From Phycisphaera mikurensis NBRC 102666 (lineage in GTDB: Bacteria > Planctomycetota > Phycisphaerae > Phycisphaerales > Phycisphaeraceae): a stretch of 32,000 nucleotides of DNA. A program made the translations under genes and the position numbers. The notes beneath the pieces are model-generated. The model had not been told where the DNA came from and did no database searches. It saw nothing but the letters and a program-made list of their open reading frames with translations. The stretch is from the NCBI RefSeq assembly GCF_000284115.1, contig NC_017080.1:3480001-3512000 (forward strand), read 5' to 3'. Shown here in pieces: positions 25,084 to 32,000 of the stretch (positions are counted from its first letter, which is position 1; every line of letters begins with the position of its first letter).

Positions 25084-26366
25084 CACCCGACGTCCCCGCC
25101 GAGGCCGCGGCAGCGCGGGACGCGGCGCTTGAAGTGGTGACGACGCTGCGGGAGGCCGGGCACGCCGCCTTCTTCGCCGGCGGCTGCGTGCGCGATGCGC
25201 TGCTGGGCCTCGCCCCCAGCGACTTCGACGTCGCGACCGACGCGCCGCCGGACCGCGTCGCGGGGCTCTTCCGGCGGACGCAAGCGGTCGGCGCCGCCTT
25301 CGGCGTGGTGCTGGTCCACCAGAAGCGCGGGAAGCGGCGGGTGGCGACGGAGGTCGCGACCTTCCGGACCGACGGCGTCTACACCGACGGCCGGAGGCCC
25401 GCCAGCGTGAGCTTCGCCACGGCGGAGGAGGACGCGGCCCGCCGCGACTTCACCTGCAACGGGCTCTTCTGGGACCCGCTGCACGGGCAACCCGGAGGGG
25501 CCGGGGATCCGCGGGCGGACGCGGAGGGCGTCATCGACTTCGTCGGCGGCCGGGCCGACCTCGCGGCCGGCCTGCTCCGCGCGATCGGCGACCCGGCCGC
25601 CCGCTTCGCCGAAGATCACCTCCGGCTGCTACGGCTCGTGCGGTTCGCGGCCCGCTTCGGCTTCGCCGTCGAGCCCGCCACGGAGGCCGCGGCCCGGGCG
25701 GCGGCGCCACGCGTGGCCGGCGTCGCGGCGGAGCGGGTGGGCGACGAGGTGGCGAAGATGCTCTCGGCGGCGCCGCCGGCGCCGGCCGCGGCCGCGGCGT
25801 TGCTGTCCCGCCTCGGCCTGGCGGACCGCGTGCTCGGCCCGGGGCAGGGCGGGCCGCCGGCCGCGCTCGCCGCGCTGGGGCCCGCACCGCTGGCCACGGC
25901 GGTGGCGGCGCTCGCGCTGGACCGGGCCGGGAGCCCGGCCGCCGCCTCGGGGCTGATCCGCACGCGGTGGGCTCCCGCGCTCAGCCTGCCCAACGCGGTC
26001 GCCGACGCTTCCACCGGCGTGCTGGACGCGCTCCACGCCCTCCGCGGGTGGGGGACGCTCGGCGTCGCGGCCCGCAAGCGGCTCGCCTCGATGCCCACCT
26101 TCCGCGACGGCCCGCTCGCGCTGCTGCGGGCGGTCGACCCCCAAGCGGCGGCGGCCGTCGCGTCCGACGTCGCCGCCCTCGCCGGCGACGGCGTCGGCCT
26201 CGCGCCGCCGCCGCTGCTCGACGGCCGCGCCCTCATCGCCGCCGGCCTCCGCCCCGGCCCCGCCTTCCGGACGATGCTCGACGCGGCCTACGACGCCCAG
26301 CTGGAGGGCCGCGTGTCCAGCCCCGGCGACGCCCTCGAGGTGGCGGAGGCCTCGGTTTCGGCGTGA
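25056..26366 (+). CDS. cca: CCA-adding enzyme / poly(A) polymerase-family tRNA nucleotidyltransferase
   Basis: This is the tail of ORF 24729..26366. It has the motifs GHAAFFAGGCVRDALLG, DFDVAT and RRDFTCNGLF. The only in-frame start upstream of the conserved N-terminal helix is TTG at 25056. GTG at 25134 would truncate that helix, so the start is uncertain. Confidence 0.82.
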   Translation: MTAPPPRSAAPDVPAEAAAARDAALEVVTTLREAGHAAFFAGGCVRDALLGLAPSDFDVATDAPPDRVAGLFRRTQAVGAAFGVVLVHQKRGKRRVATEVATFRTDGVYTDGRRPASVSFATAEEDAARRDFTCNGLFWDPLHGQPGGAGDPRADAEGVIDFVGGRADLAAGLLRAIGDPAARFAEDHLRLLRLVRFAARFGFAVEPATEAAARAAAPRVAGVAAERVGDEVAKMLSAAPPAPAAAAALLSRLGLADRVLGPGQGGPPAALAALGPAPLATAVAALALDRAGSPAAASGLIRTRWAPALSLPNAVADASTGVLDALHALRGWGTLGVAARKRLASMPTFRDGPLALLRAVDPQAAAAVASDVAALAGDGVGLAPPPLLDGRALIAAGLRPGPAFRTMLDAAYDAQLEGRVSSPGDALEVAEASVSA

Positions 26367-26384
26367 CGCCGATAACCTCCGCCC

Positions 26385-27173
26385 ATGAGCAGCCGATCCG
26401 CCTCCAAGGACGCAACGCCCGACCTCGCCGAGTCCTACGCCGCCGTCATGGGACGCGTCGGCGCCGCCGCCGAGCGTTCCGGTCGCAGGGCCGAGGACGT
26501 GCTGGTGGTCGCGGTGAGCAAGTACGCCGAGCTCGACCAGCTCCGCACGCTGGTGGACCTGGGCCACGTCGACTTCGGCGAGAACCAGGTGCAGCAGCTC
26601 GCCCAGCGGGCGCCGCAGCTCAGCGAGTACCTCGCCCGCCACCGGGCGATGCGCGGGGCCAGCAGCTCGGGCAGCATCGCCCCCGAGAGGATCCGCTGGC
26701 ACATGGTCGGCCACCTCCAGCGCAACAAGGTGAAGCAGTGCGTGCCGCACGTGCAGCTGATCCACTCCGTGGACTCGCTCCGCCTCGCCGAGGAGCTGCA
26801 CAACCACGGGGCCAAGCACGACGCCGACACCGACGTGCTGCTGCAGGTCAACGTCTCGGGCGAGGGAACCAAGAACGGCGTGGCGCCCGCCGCCGTCGTG
26901 CACCTGCTCGAGCAGATCGACACGATGATGCACCTGCGCTGCCGCGGGCTCATGACGATGGCCCCGCACCACGAGAACCCCGAAGACTGCCGGGCCGTCT
27001 TCGCCCGCACGCGGGAGCTCTTCGAGGACTGCCGCGGCAGCCGGTACGCCGGCGACCGCTTCAACATCCTGTCGATGGGCATGAGCAACGACTTCGAGGT
27101 CGCCATCGAGGAAGGCGCCAACCTCGTCCGCGTCGGCTCGGCCCTCTTCGGCACCGCCGACGCGGGCGGCTGA
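26385..27173 (+). CDS. yggS: YggS-family pyridoxal-phosphate homeostasis protein (PLPBP)
   Basis: A 262-aa ORF with the motifs VAVSKY (PLP lysine), FGENQVQ, WHMVGHLQRNKV, LSMGMSNDFEVAIEEGANLVRVGSALFG. Confidence 0.92.
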   Translation: MSSRSASKDATPDLAESYAAVMGRVGAAAERSGRRAEDVLVVAVSKYAELDQLRTLVDLGHVDFGENQVQQLAQRAPQLSEYLARHRAMRGASSSGSIAPERIRWHMVGHLQRNKVKQCVPHVQLIHSVDSLRLAEELHNHGAKHDADTDVLLQVNVSGEGTKNGVAPAAVVHLLEQIDTMMHLRCRGLMTMAPHHENPEDCRAVFARTRELFEDCRGSRYAGDRFNILSMGMSNDFEVAIEEGANLVRVGSALFGTADAGG

Positions 27174-27303
27174 ACGCGGGCGGCTCCGCGGCGCAGCCGG
27201 GCCGCAGGGCCCGACCGCCCGGGGGCGCAGACCGGGGCCCGCGGCTCTTCAGCCGTAAGCCGCGGAAGCCGATGGACGCGTGACCGCGCCCCGAGCCCCC
27301 CCC

Positions 27304-27711
27304 ATGCCCGCCGATCCCGATCACGCCGCCGACCCGCTCGCCTTCTCCGAAACCGCCCGCGGGCCCGACCGCCGCGTCAACGTCCTCGACGTCCGCGGCA
27401 CCGGGCTGGAGCGACGACGCGGGCCGGGCCGGCGGCGGTCGGACTTCGCCAAGGCCGCCGAGGAGGGCGAGATGACGCCCGAGCAGTTCCTCATGGTCAA
27501 GGCGATCGACGCGTTCAAGCGCGTGAACGACCGCCCCTTCCCCAGCTGGTGCGAGGTGCTCGAGGTGATGCGGAAGCTCGGCTACCGCAAGACGATGCCC
27601 AGCGAGCTCACGATCAAGGGCGCGCAGGACTGGTCCGAAGCCCCCGACGCCGCGGCCTTCGGCTTCAGCGACGCGGAGGAGGAAACCGAAGCCGACCTCG
27701 AAGCGGCCTGA
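27304..27711 (+). CDS. Hypothetical protein (Arg-rich N-terminus, helical C-terminal domain)
   Basis: ORF 27280..27711 with ATG at 27304. GC3 is high. The core reads GEMTPEQFLMVKAIDAFKRVNDRPFPSWCEVLEVMRKLGYRK and looks like a folded domain. No family was recognised. Confidence 0.6.
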   Translation: MPADPDHAADPLAFSETARGPDRRVNVLDVRGTGLERRRGPGRRRSDFAKAAEEGEMTPEQFLMVKAIDAFKRVNDRPFPSWCEVLEVMRKLGYRKTMPSELTIKGAQDWSEAPDAAAFGFSDAEEETEADLEAA

Positions 27712-27721
27712 ACACGCGGCG

Positions 27722-27767
27722 CCGCGGACCGCGGCCGTCGCGGGTCCAAGAGCCTGGCGGTCCGCGG
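27722..27767. repeat. 46-bp palindromic element, copy C
   Basis: ccgcggacc-gcggccgtcgcgggtccaagagcctggc-ggtccgcgg, with a 12-bp stem (27721-27732 with 27757-27768). It lies between the convergent hypothetical gene and the response regulator. Confidence 0.72.
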
Positions 27768-27786
27768 CTCGCTTGGCTCACACGGC

Positions 27787-28389
27787 TCACATCCCGACGG
27801 CGCTGGCCATCCGCACGAGGGCGGCGAACGACTCCGCGCGCATCTTCACCATCACCCGCGAGCGGTGGGCCTCCACGGTTTTGGGCGAGAGGTCCCGCTC
27901 GGCGGCGATCTCGCGGTTGGACTGCCCCCCGACGACCGCCCGCATCACGTCGAGCTCGCGCGGCGAGAGCGTGGCCAGCCGGGCCTGCACCGCCAGGCGC
28001 GACGGCCGCAGGCGGTCCGCGGAGGCCCCCGGCTTGAACATCTCCTGCACCGCCTCGAGCACGGCGTCGTCGCCGTAGGGCTTCTGAAGGAAGTCGGTGC
28101 AACCCGCTTTGATCGCGCGGACCGCCGTGGGCACGTCGCCGTGGCCGGTCACGATCAGCGTCGGGAGGCTCCGCCCACGCCGCCGCAGCTCATCGAGCAG
28201 GTCCAGGCCCGACTGCCCGGGCATCGCGAGATCGGTGATGACGCAGGCTTCGGTCGCGGCCGCCTCGGAGCCTTCCAGCCGCTCCAGCAGCTCCTCGGCC
28301 GAGGCGTTCCGGCTGGTGCTGAACCCGTCGGCCTCGAGCAGGAAGCACAGCGAGTCGAGCACGGCGGGATCGTCGTCGACGACGTGCAC
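27787..28389 (-). CDS. Response regulator, FixJ/NarL (LuxR-type HTH) family
   Basis: ORF 27787..28629. GTG at 28389 gives MHVVDDDPAVLDSL. The receiver domain has DLAMPG and the output is LSPRELDVMRAVVGGQSNREIAAERDLSPKTVEAHRSRVMVKM. The 80-aa upstream extension has non-coding character. Confidence 0.88.
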   Translation of the reverse strand: MHVVDDDPAVLDSLCFLLEADGFSTSRNASAEELLERLEGSEAAATEACVITDLAMPGQSGLDLLDELRRRGRSLPTLIVTGHGDVPTAVRAIKAGCTDFLQKPYGDDAVLEAVQEMFKPGASADRLRPSRLAVQARLATLSPRELDVMRAVVGGQSNREIAAERDLSPKTVEAHRSRVMVKMRAESFAALVRMASAVGM

Positions 28390-28600
28390 GCGGCCGGGCC
28401 CGGACGGAAGCGGTTTGTCCGCAAATCGAGAAGGGTGCTGCACCCGATGCCTCCGGAAGGAGTGATGCGCGATCCCGGAACCCCGGATCGTCGGCCCGAT
28501 GTTAACAGGTCGTTGCTTATGCACACCGTGGGGTGGGACAAGCCCCCACCCCACCGCCCGCTGCCCGCCGCGGCCGCCCGGGGAAGCGGCACGGCCCCGG

Positions 28601-30094
28601 TCAGCGGTTTTCGTTCCGGGCCGCGGCACGGGGCAGCGTCCTCGGGAGGGTCACCTCCATCGTGAGCCCGTCGCCGGCGTCCGCCGGGATCGCCCGGAGC
28701 GTCCCGCCGTGCGCCCGGACGATGGAGCGGCTGAGGACCAGGCCCAGGCCCAGCCCGTCGCGCCGGGTGGTGTGGAACGCCTCGAACAGGCGGGCCCGCT
28801 CGTCGTCGCTGAGGCGGGGGCCGGTGTCGGTGATCCGGATGCGGATCTCGCCGCCGGATCCGTCGGCCGCGACGCTCACGCGCCGCGCTTTGCTCTGCGA
28901 CGCGGCGTGGATGCCGTTGCTGAGCAGGTTGCGGAGCACCTGCCGCAGGAGCACGCCGTCTCCCTGGAAGCGGATGGCCGCGGGTGCGGGCCGGGCCCGC
29001 AACCCGACCCCCGCCGCCTCCGCCGCCGGTTTCGCCACCGCGAGGGCGTCCCGCACCAGGTCGGGGAGGTGGAGCGGGTCCTGCCGCGGGGCCCGACGCT
29101 GCAGGAAGGAGCGGACGCGGTCGACGATCGATTGTGCCCGCTGCGCCTCGTCGTGGATCCGCTGCGACGCGAACGCCAGCTCCTCGGGCCCCGTGTCCCC
29201 GCGGGCGGCCCGGCGGGCCAGCCCCGCCGCGTAGTTGGTGAGCGCCGCCAGCGGCTGGTTGAGCTCGTGCGCCAGCACCGTCGCCAGCTCGGACATGCTC
29301 AACCGCCGCAGCGTGCTCGCGTCCGCCGCCCGCAGCTCCCCCGCGTCCCGCTCGGCCTCGACGCGGCGCGAGACGTCCCGGTAGACGACGACGATGTCGC
29401 GGCCGGCCGCCCGCGTCCACCGGCTCATGGCTTCCACCTGCCGGTAGCCGCCCGCGGCGTGCCGCATGCGGAAGCGCCGGGAGACCACCCGGTCCGCCTC
29501 GGCGAGCAGCTCGGGCCTGGCGCTGATGACGTCGTCCACGTCGTCGGGGTGGACGAACTCCCGCGGCAGGCGGCCCACCAGCGCCTCGGGCTCGTGGCCG
29601 AGCACGACGCGGACCGCCGGGGACACGTACGTGAAGCGACCGTCTAGGGAATGCCGCGCGATCACGTCGGACGCCTGCTCGGCGAGCAGCCGGAAGCGCT
29701 CCTCCGAGGCCGCCCGCTCCAGCGTGCGGGCGCGGGCGGCGCGGGCGGTCGCGCCGTCGAAGGCGTGGTGACCGGCGGCCACGGCGGCGACGGCCGCCGC
29801 GAGGGCGTCGCAGGCGCCGTGGCCGCCGAGGCGGATCCACCCGCCGTCGTACGGCGCCGCGGCACACCCGGCCGGCGGATCCTCCCCCGCGAGGCGGGCG
29901 CCGCCGGGACCCGCCGCGGCCGCCTCCAGCTCGGCCTCGGGCCCGGAGCGTCCATGCGCGATGGCGATCGAGGCGGCCAGCCCCTCCGCCACCACCGCAT
30001 CCGCCAGCCGCTGCGGCCAGCCCTCGCCGCAGCCCGCGGCCCGAACGGCGGCGGCGAAGGCGGTCAGCGGGTTCGGGGGAGCATCATCAACCAT
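28601..30094 (-). CDS. Soluble PAS-domain sensor histidine kinase (FixL-like HisKA/HATPase_c)
   Basis: This is the lower part of the 833-aa ORF 28601..31102. ATG at 30094 is preceded by AGGAG. It has a PAS domain (FRLLAEQASDVIARHSLDGRFTYVSP), the H-box LAHELNQPLAAL, the N-box LLSNGIHA, and the G-boxes DTGPRL and GLGLGL. No TM segments are evident. Confidence 0.88.
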   Translation of the reverse strand: MVDDAPPNPLTAFAAAVRAAGCGEGWPQRLADAVVAEGLAASIAIAHGRSGPEAELEAAAAGPGGARLAGEDPPAGCAAAPYDGGWIRLGGHGACDALAAAVAAVAAGHHAFDGATARAARARTLERAASEERFRLLAEQASDVIARHSLDGRFTYVSPAVRVVLGHEPEALVGRLPREFVHPDDVDDVISARPELLAEADRVVSRRFRMRHAAGGYRQVEAMSRWTRAAGRDIVVVYRDVSRRVEAERDAGELRAADASTLRRLSMSELATVLAHELNQPLAALTNYAAGLARRAARGDTGPEELAFASQRIHDEAQRAQSIVDRVRSFLQRRAPRQDPLHLPDLVRDALAVAKPAAEAAGVGLRARPAPAAIRFQGDGVLLRQVLRNLLSNGIHAASQSKARRVSVAADGSGGEIRIRITDTGPRLSDDERARLFEAFHTTRRDGLGLGLVLSRSIVRAHGGTLRAIPADAGDGLTMEVTLPRTLPRAAARNENR

Positions 30095-30110
30095 CCGGAA
30101 TCTCCTGAGG

Positions 30111-30160
30111 GTAGAGGACGGCCGAACCTCCGCCGGGGCGGAACGCGCCGGGTCCTCTAC
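30111..30160. promoter_or_regulatory. Inverted repeat GTAGAGGAC-N32-GTCCTCTAC in the divergent kinase/MBL-hydrolase promoter region
   Basis: This is a 9-bp perfect inverted repeat (30111-30119 with 30152-30160) that nearly fills the 78-bp intergenic gap. Its arms are lower in GC than the surroundings. Confidence 0.3.
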
Positions 30161-30172
30161 GATCGCGGCCGC

Positions 30173-31114
30173 ATGCCGCAGGCACCCCCCGACAGCCAGG
30201 ACGCCTCCCTGCCGGCCGAGCCGGCCCGCCGCCCGCAGCTCGGCTTCGTCTACACGCCGCCGTTCCGCGTGCAGGGCCTCTCGATCGCGGGCGAGGAGAG
30301 CGTCGTCGCCGTGCCCGAGCTGGACGTCTGCTTCGACATCGGCTCGTGCCCCAAGGCCGTGCTGCCCAGCCCCTTCGTCGCGCTGACGCACGGCCACATG
30401 GACCACGTCGCGGGCATCGCGTACTACTTCAGCCAGCGCCCGTTCCAGGGGATGTCCGCCGGGACCGTCGTCTGCCCGCCCAGCCTGCGCGACGGCCTCG
30501 ACGGCCTGATGAAGGCTTGGCAGAAGATCGAGCGGCAGAAGACGCCCTACACGCTCACGCCGCTCGCCGACGGCGAGATGCTCGAGATCAAGAACAACCA
30601 CTTCCTGCGGCCCTTCCGCACCGTGCACACCGTGCCCAGCTCCGGTTACAGCGTGCTGGAGAAGCGGACCAAGCTCAAGCCCAAGCTCGTCGGGATGCCG
30701 CAGGAGGAGATCGTCCGGCGGAAGAACGCCGGCGAGGCGATCGTCGACACCCGCTTCGTCCCGCTGGTCTCCTACACCGGCGACACCGGCTGGGGCGACC
30801 ACCTGCTCATCCCCGAGGTCCTGGAGTGCCGCGTGCTCATCACCGAGTGCACCTTCATGGAACGGGGCCACCGGCGGCGGGCCGGCGTGGGCAAGCACCT
30901 GCACCTGGACCACATCGTCGAACTGGTCGAGCAGGTCGGCGACGAGACGGACGTGATCCTCACGCACCTTTCCCGCCGGACGCACATGAACGATGCGCGG
31001 AAGGCGCTCGCCGGGGCCATCCCCGCCGACAAGCTCGACCGGGTCCACCTGCTGATGGACAGCCGCACCAACCGCGAGCGCTTCGCGCAGCAGCAGGCCC
31101 AAGCGGTGGCCTGA
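30173..31114 (+). CDS. MBL-fold metallo-hydrolase (RNase Z-like)
   Basis: This is the tail of ORF 29651..31114, with ATG at 30173. The HxHxDH motif is LTHGHMDHVAG, with later His/Asp ligands (HTVPS, TGDTG, THLS). The size, 313 aa, is like short tRNase Z. The substrate is unknown. Confidence 0.8.
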   Translation: MPQAPPDSQDASLPAEPARRPQLGFVYTPPFRVQGLSIAGEESVVAVPELDVCFDIGSCPKAVLPSPFVALTHGHMDHVAGIAYYFSQRPFQGMSAGTVVCPPSLRDGLDGLMKAWQKIERQKTPYTLTPLADGEMLEIKNNHFLRPFRTVHTVPSSGYSVLEKRTKLKPKLVGMPQEEIVRRKNAGEAIVDTRFVPLVSYTGDTGWGDHLLIPEVLECRVLITECTFMERGHRRRAGVGKHLHLDHIVELVEQVGDETDVILTHLSRRTHMNDARKALAGAIPADKLDRVHLLMDSRTNRERFAQQQAQAVA

Positions 31115-31116
31115 GC

Positions 31117-31938
31117 GTGGGTGCGGTTGCCGTCGCCTTCGCCGGGAAAGCCAACCGCCCCGCCGCCGAAGCCCTGGCCGCGAGGCTGGGCCTCCCGATC
31201 GCCAAGAAGTTCCGCGATCCGCACCCGCTGCACCTGGCGTACGGGCCCGACGGCCGCCTGGGCCTCCGCGTCGTCGCCGCCGGCCACCCGCTCGCCGGCG
31301 GCCACCCCGTCGCCGCCGACCTGCTCGCGGTCGACACCTCCAGCCCCGCCGGCCGCAAGCTCGCCACGCCCTTCTTCAAGGCCATGGGCGTGCGGCGCGG
31401 CGAGCCGGCGCGCCCCCGGGTCCTCGACGCGACCGCCGGCCTCGGCGAGGACGCCTGGCTGCTCGCCAGCGCCGGCTGCCGCGTGACCGCTCTGGAGCGG
31501 AACCCCGTCGTCCTCGCCCTGCTCCAAGACGCCCTGGCCCGCGCCGCGGACCGCGAGCCCGAAACGGCCGAACGCCTCACGGTCCGCGGCGCCGAGGCCC
31601 TCGACGCGCTTCTGGCCCTGGCCGCCGGCCCCGAGGCGGACCGACCCGACGTCGTTGCGCTGGATCCCATGTTCCCGCTCGGCCGCCGCGCCACCGAACG
31701 CAAGCCGATGCGGGTGCTCCGCATGCTCGAGGAGGCCGCCGCCGACCGGGCTGGCTCCGCCGACGACGAGCCCGCCCTGCTCGCCGCCGCCCGCGCCGCC
31801 GCCCGCCGCCGCGTCGCCGTCAAACGCCCCGGCAAGGCCCCTCCGCTCGCCGGGCAAGAGCCCGACGTCGTGTTCCCCGGCAGAGCCGTCCGCCACGACG
31901 TCTACCTCACGCCCGCGGAGACGCCGCGAGCCGGCTGA
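31117..31938 (+). CDS. rsmJ: 16S rRNA (guanine1516-N2)-methyltransferase RsmJ
   Basis: This is the tail of ORF 30346..31938. GTG at 31117 lies 2 nt after the preceding stop. VLDATAGLGEDAWLLASAGCRVTALERNPVV, LDPMFP and RVAVKRPGKAPPL are collinear with E. coli RsmJ (YhiQ) as recalled. It contains palindromic element copy I. Confidence 0.88.
   Translation: MGAVAVAFAGKANRPAAEALAARLGLPIAKKFRDPHPLHLAYGPDGRLGLRVVAAGHPLAGGHPVAADLLAVDTSSPAGRKLATPFFKAMGVRRGEPARPRVLDATAGLGEDAWLLASAGCRVTALERNPVVLALLQDALARAADREPETAERLTVRGAEALDALLALAAGPEADRPDVVALDPMFPLGRRATERKPMRVLRMLEEAAADRAGSADDEPALLAAARAAARRRVAVKRPGKAPPLAGQEPDVVFPGRAVRHDVYLTPAETPRAG
31544..31589. repeat. 46-bp palindromic element, copy I (inside rsmJ)
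   Basis: ccgcggacc-gcgagcccgaaacggccgaacgcctcac-ggtccgcgg, with a 13-bp perfect stem (31541-31553 with 31580-31592). It shares the 14-mer gcccgaaacggccg with the reverse complement of copy A. Confidence 0.65.
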
Positions 31939-32000
31939 GCGGCGGGCACCGGCGGTTCCCCCGGACGGGCGGCGGCTCAGCCGCCGGTTTCGACCGGGTA

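Noticed and set aside
28390-28629. An 80-codon N-terminal extension of the response regulator (start at 28629). A 10-bp hairpin gtggggtggg/cccaccccac also lies at 28528-28554.
   Set aside because: The extension has non-coding composition and would overlap the kinase stop. GTG 28389 gives the canonical MHVVDDD receiver start. The hairpin is real, but it is a single GC stem-loop downstream of the kinase stop with no U-tract, so I could not assign a function.
28601-31102. A single 833-aa minus-strand ORF.
   Set aside because: It is chimeric. Only 28601..30094 is the histidine kinase, with an AGGAG SD before ATG 30094. The upstream 336 codons are the stop-free antisense of the MBL-hydrolase gene and have no recognisable domains.
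31977-32000. The 3' end of a possible minus-strand ORF (..YPVETGG*) and a ccggt-ttcg-accgg hairpin at the right edge.
   Set aside because: Only 7 codons are visible, which is too little to support a feature call.

Overview
This is a 32-kb, very GC-rich bacterial chromosomal segment (about 70% or more by eye). Real genes show strong GC3 bias, so the six-frame track is full of long spurious antisense ORFs. The protein styles suggest a Planctomycetota (Phycisphaerae-like) genome, but this is inference only. Those styles include an Sco protein with a C-terminal membrane anchor next to a CoxB-cytochrome c fusion, a long RAYT-like Y1 transposase homologue, and many GTG/TTG starts. I call 29 CDS/pseudogenes. 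They comprise: an L-rhamnose block (partial rhaEW, DeoR regulator, rhaI) beside a PfkB-type kinase and class II FBP aldolase; a RAYT-like gene and a frameshifted YdeI/OmdA fragment; argJ; an exported repeat protein; a complete aa3/caa3-type cytochrome c oxidase cluster (sco, coxB-cyt c, coxA, coxC with a ~230-aa insertion, subunit IV, and a second subunit-III paralogue); a TetR-linked DevCAB/MacAB-like tripartite efflux operon with a NodT-family outer membrane factor; a K+/H+ antiporter; a small hypothetical; cca; yggS; another hypothetical; a FixJ-type regulator with a PAS histidine kinase; an MBL-fold hydrolase; and rsmJ. I saw no rRNA, tRNA, CRISPR array or prophage. The most unusual signal is not a gene. 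It is a family of 46-bp palindromic elements with fixed geometry, CCGCGGACC-N28-GGTCCGCGG. It occurs 8 times with exactly this spacing, plus 1 degenerate copy. Copies lie between convergent genes, at operon gene junctions, in a divergent promoter region, and in-frame inside ORFs, where they supply protein termini, a stop codon and possibly a start codon. A RAYT-like HUH/Y1 gene lies in the same window. All homology statements come from reading the translations and from recalled family motifs. No database search was run.
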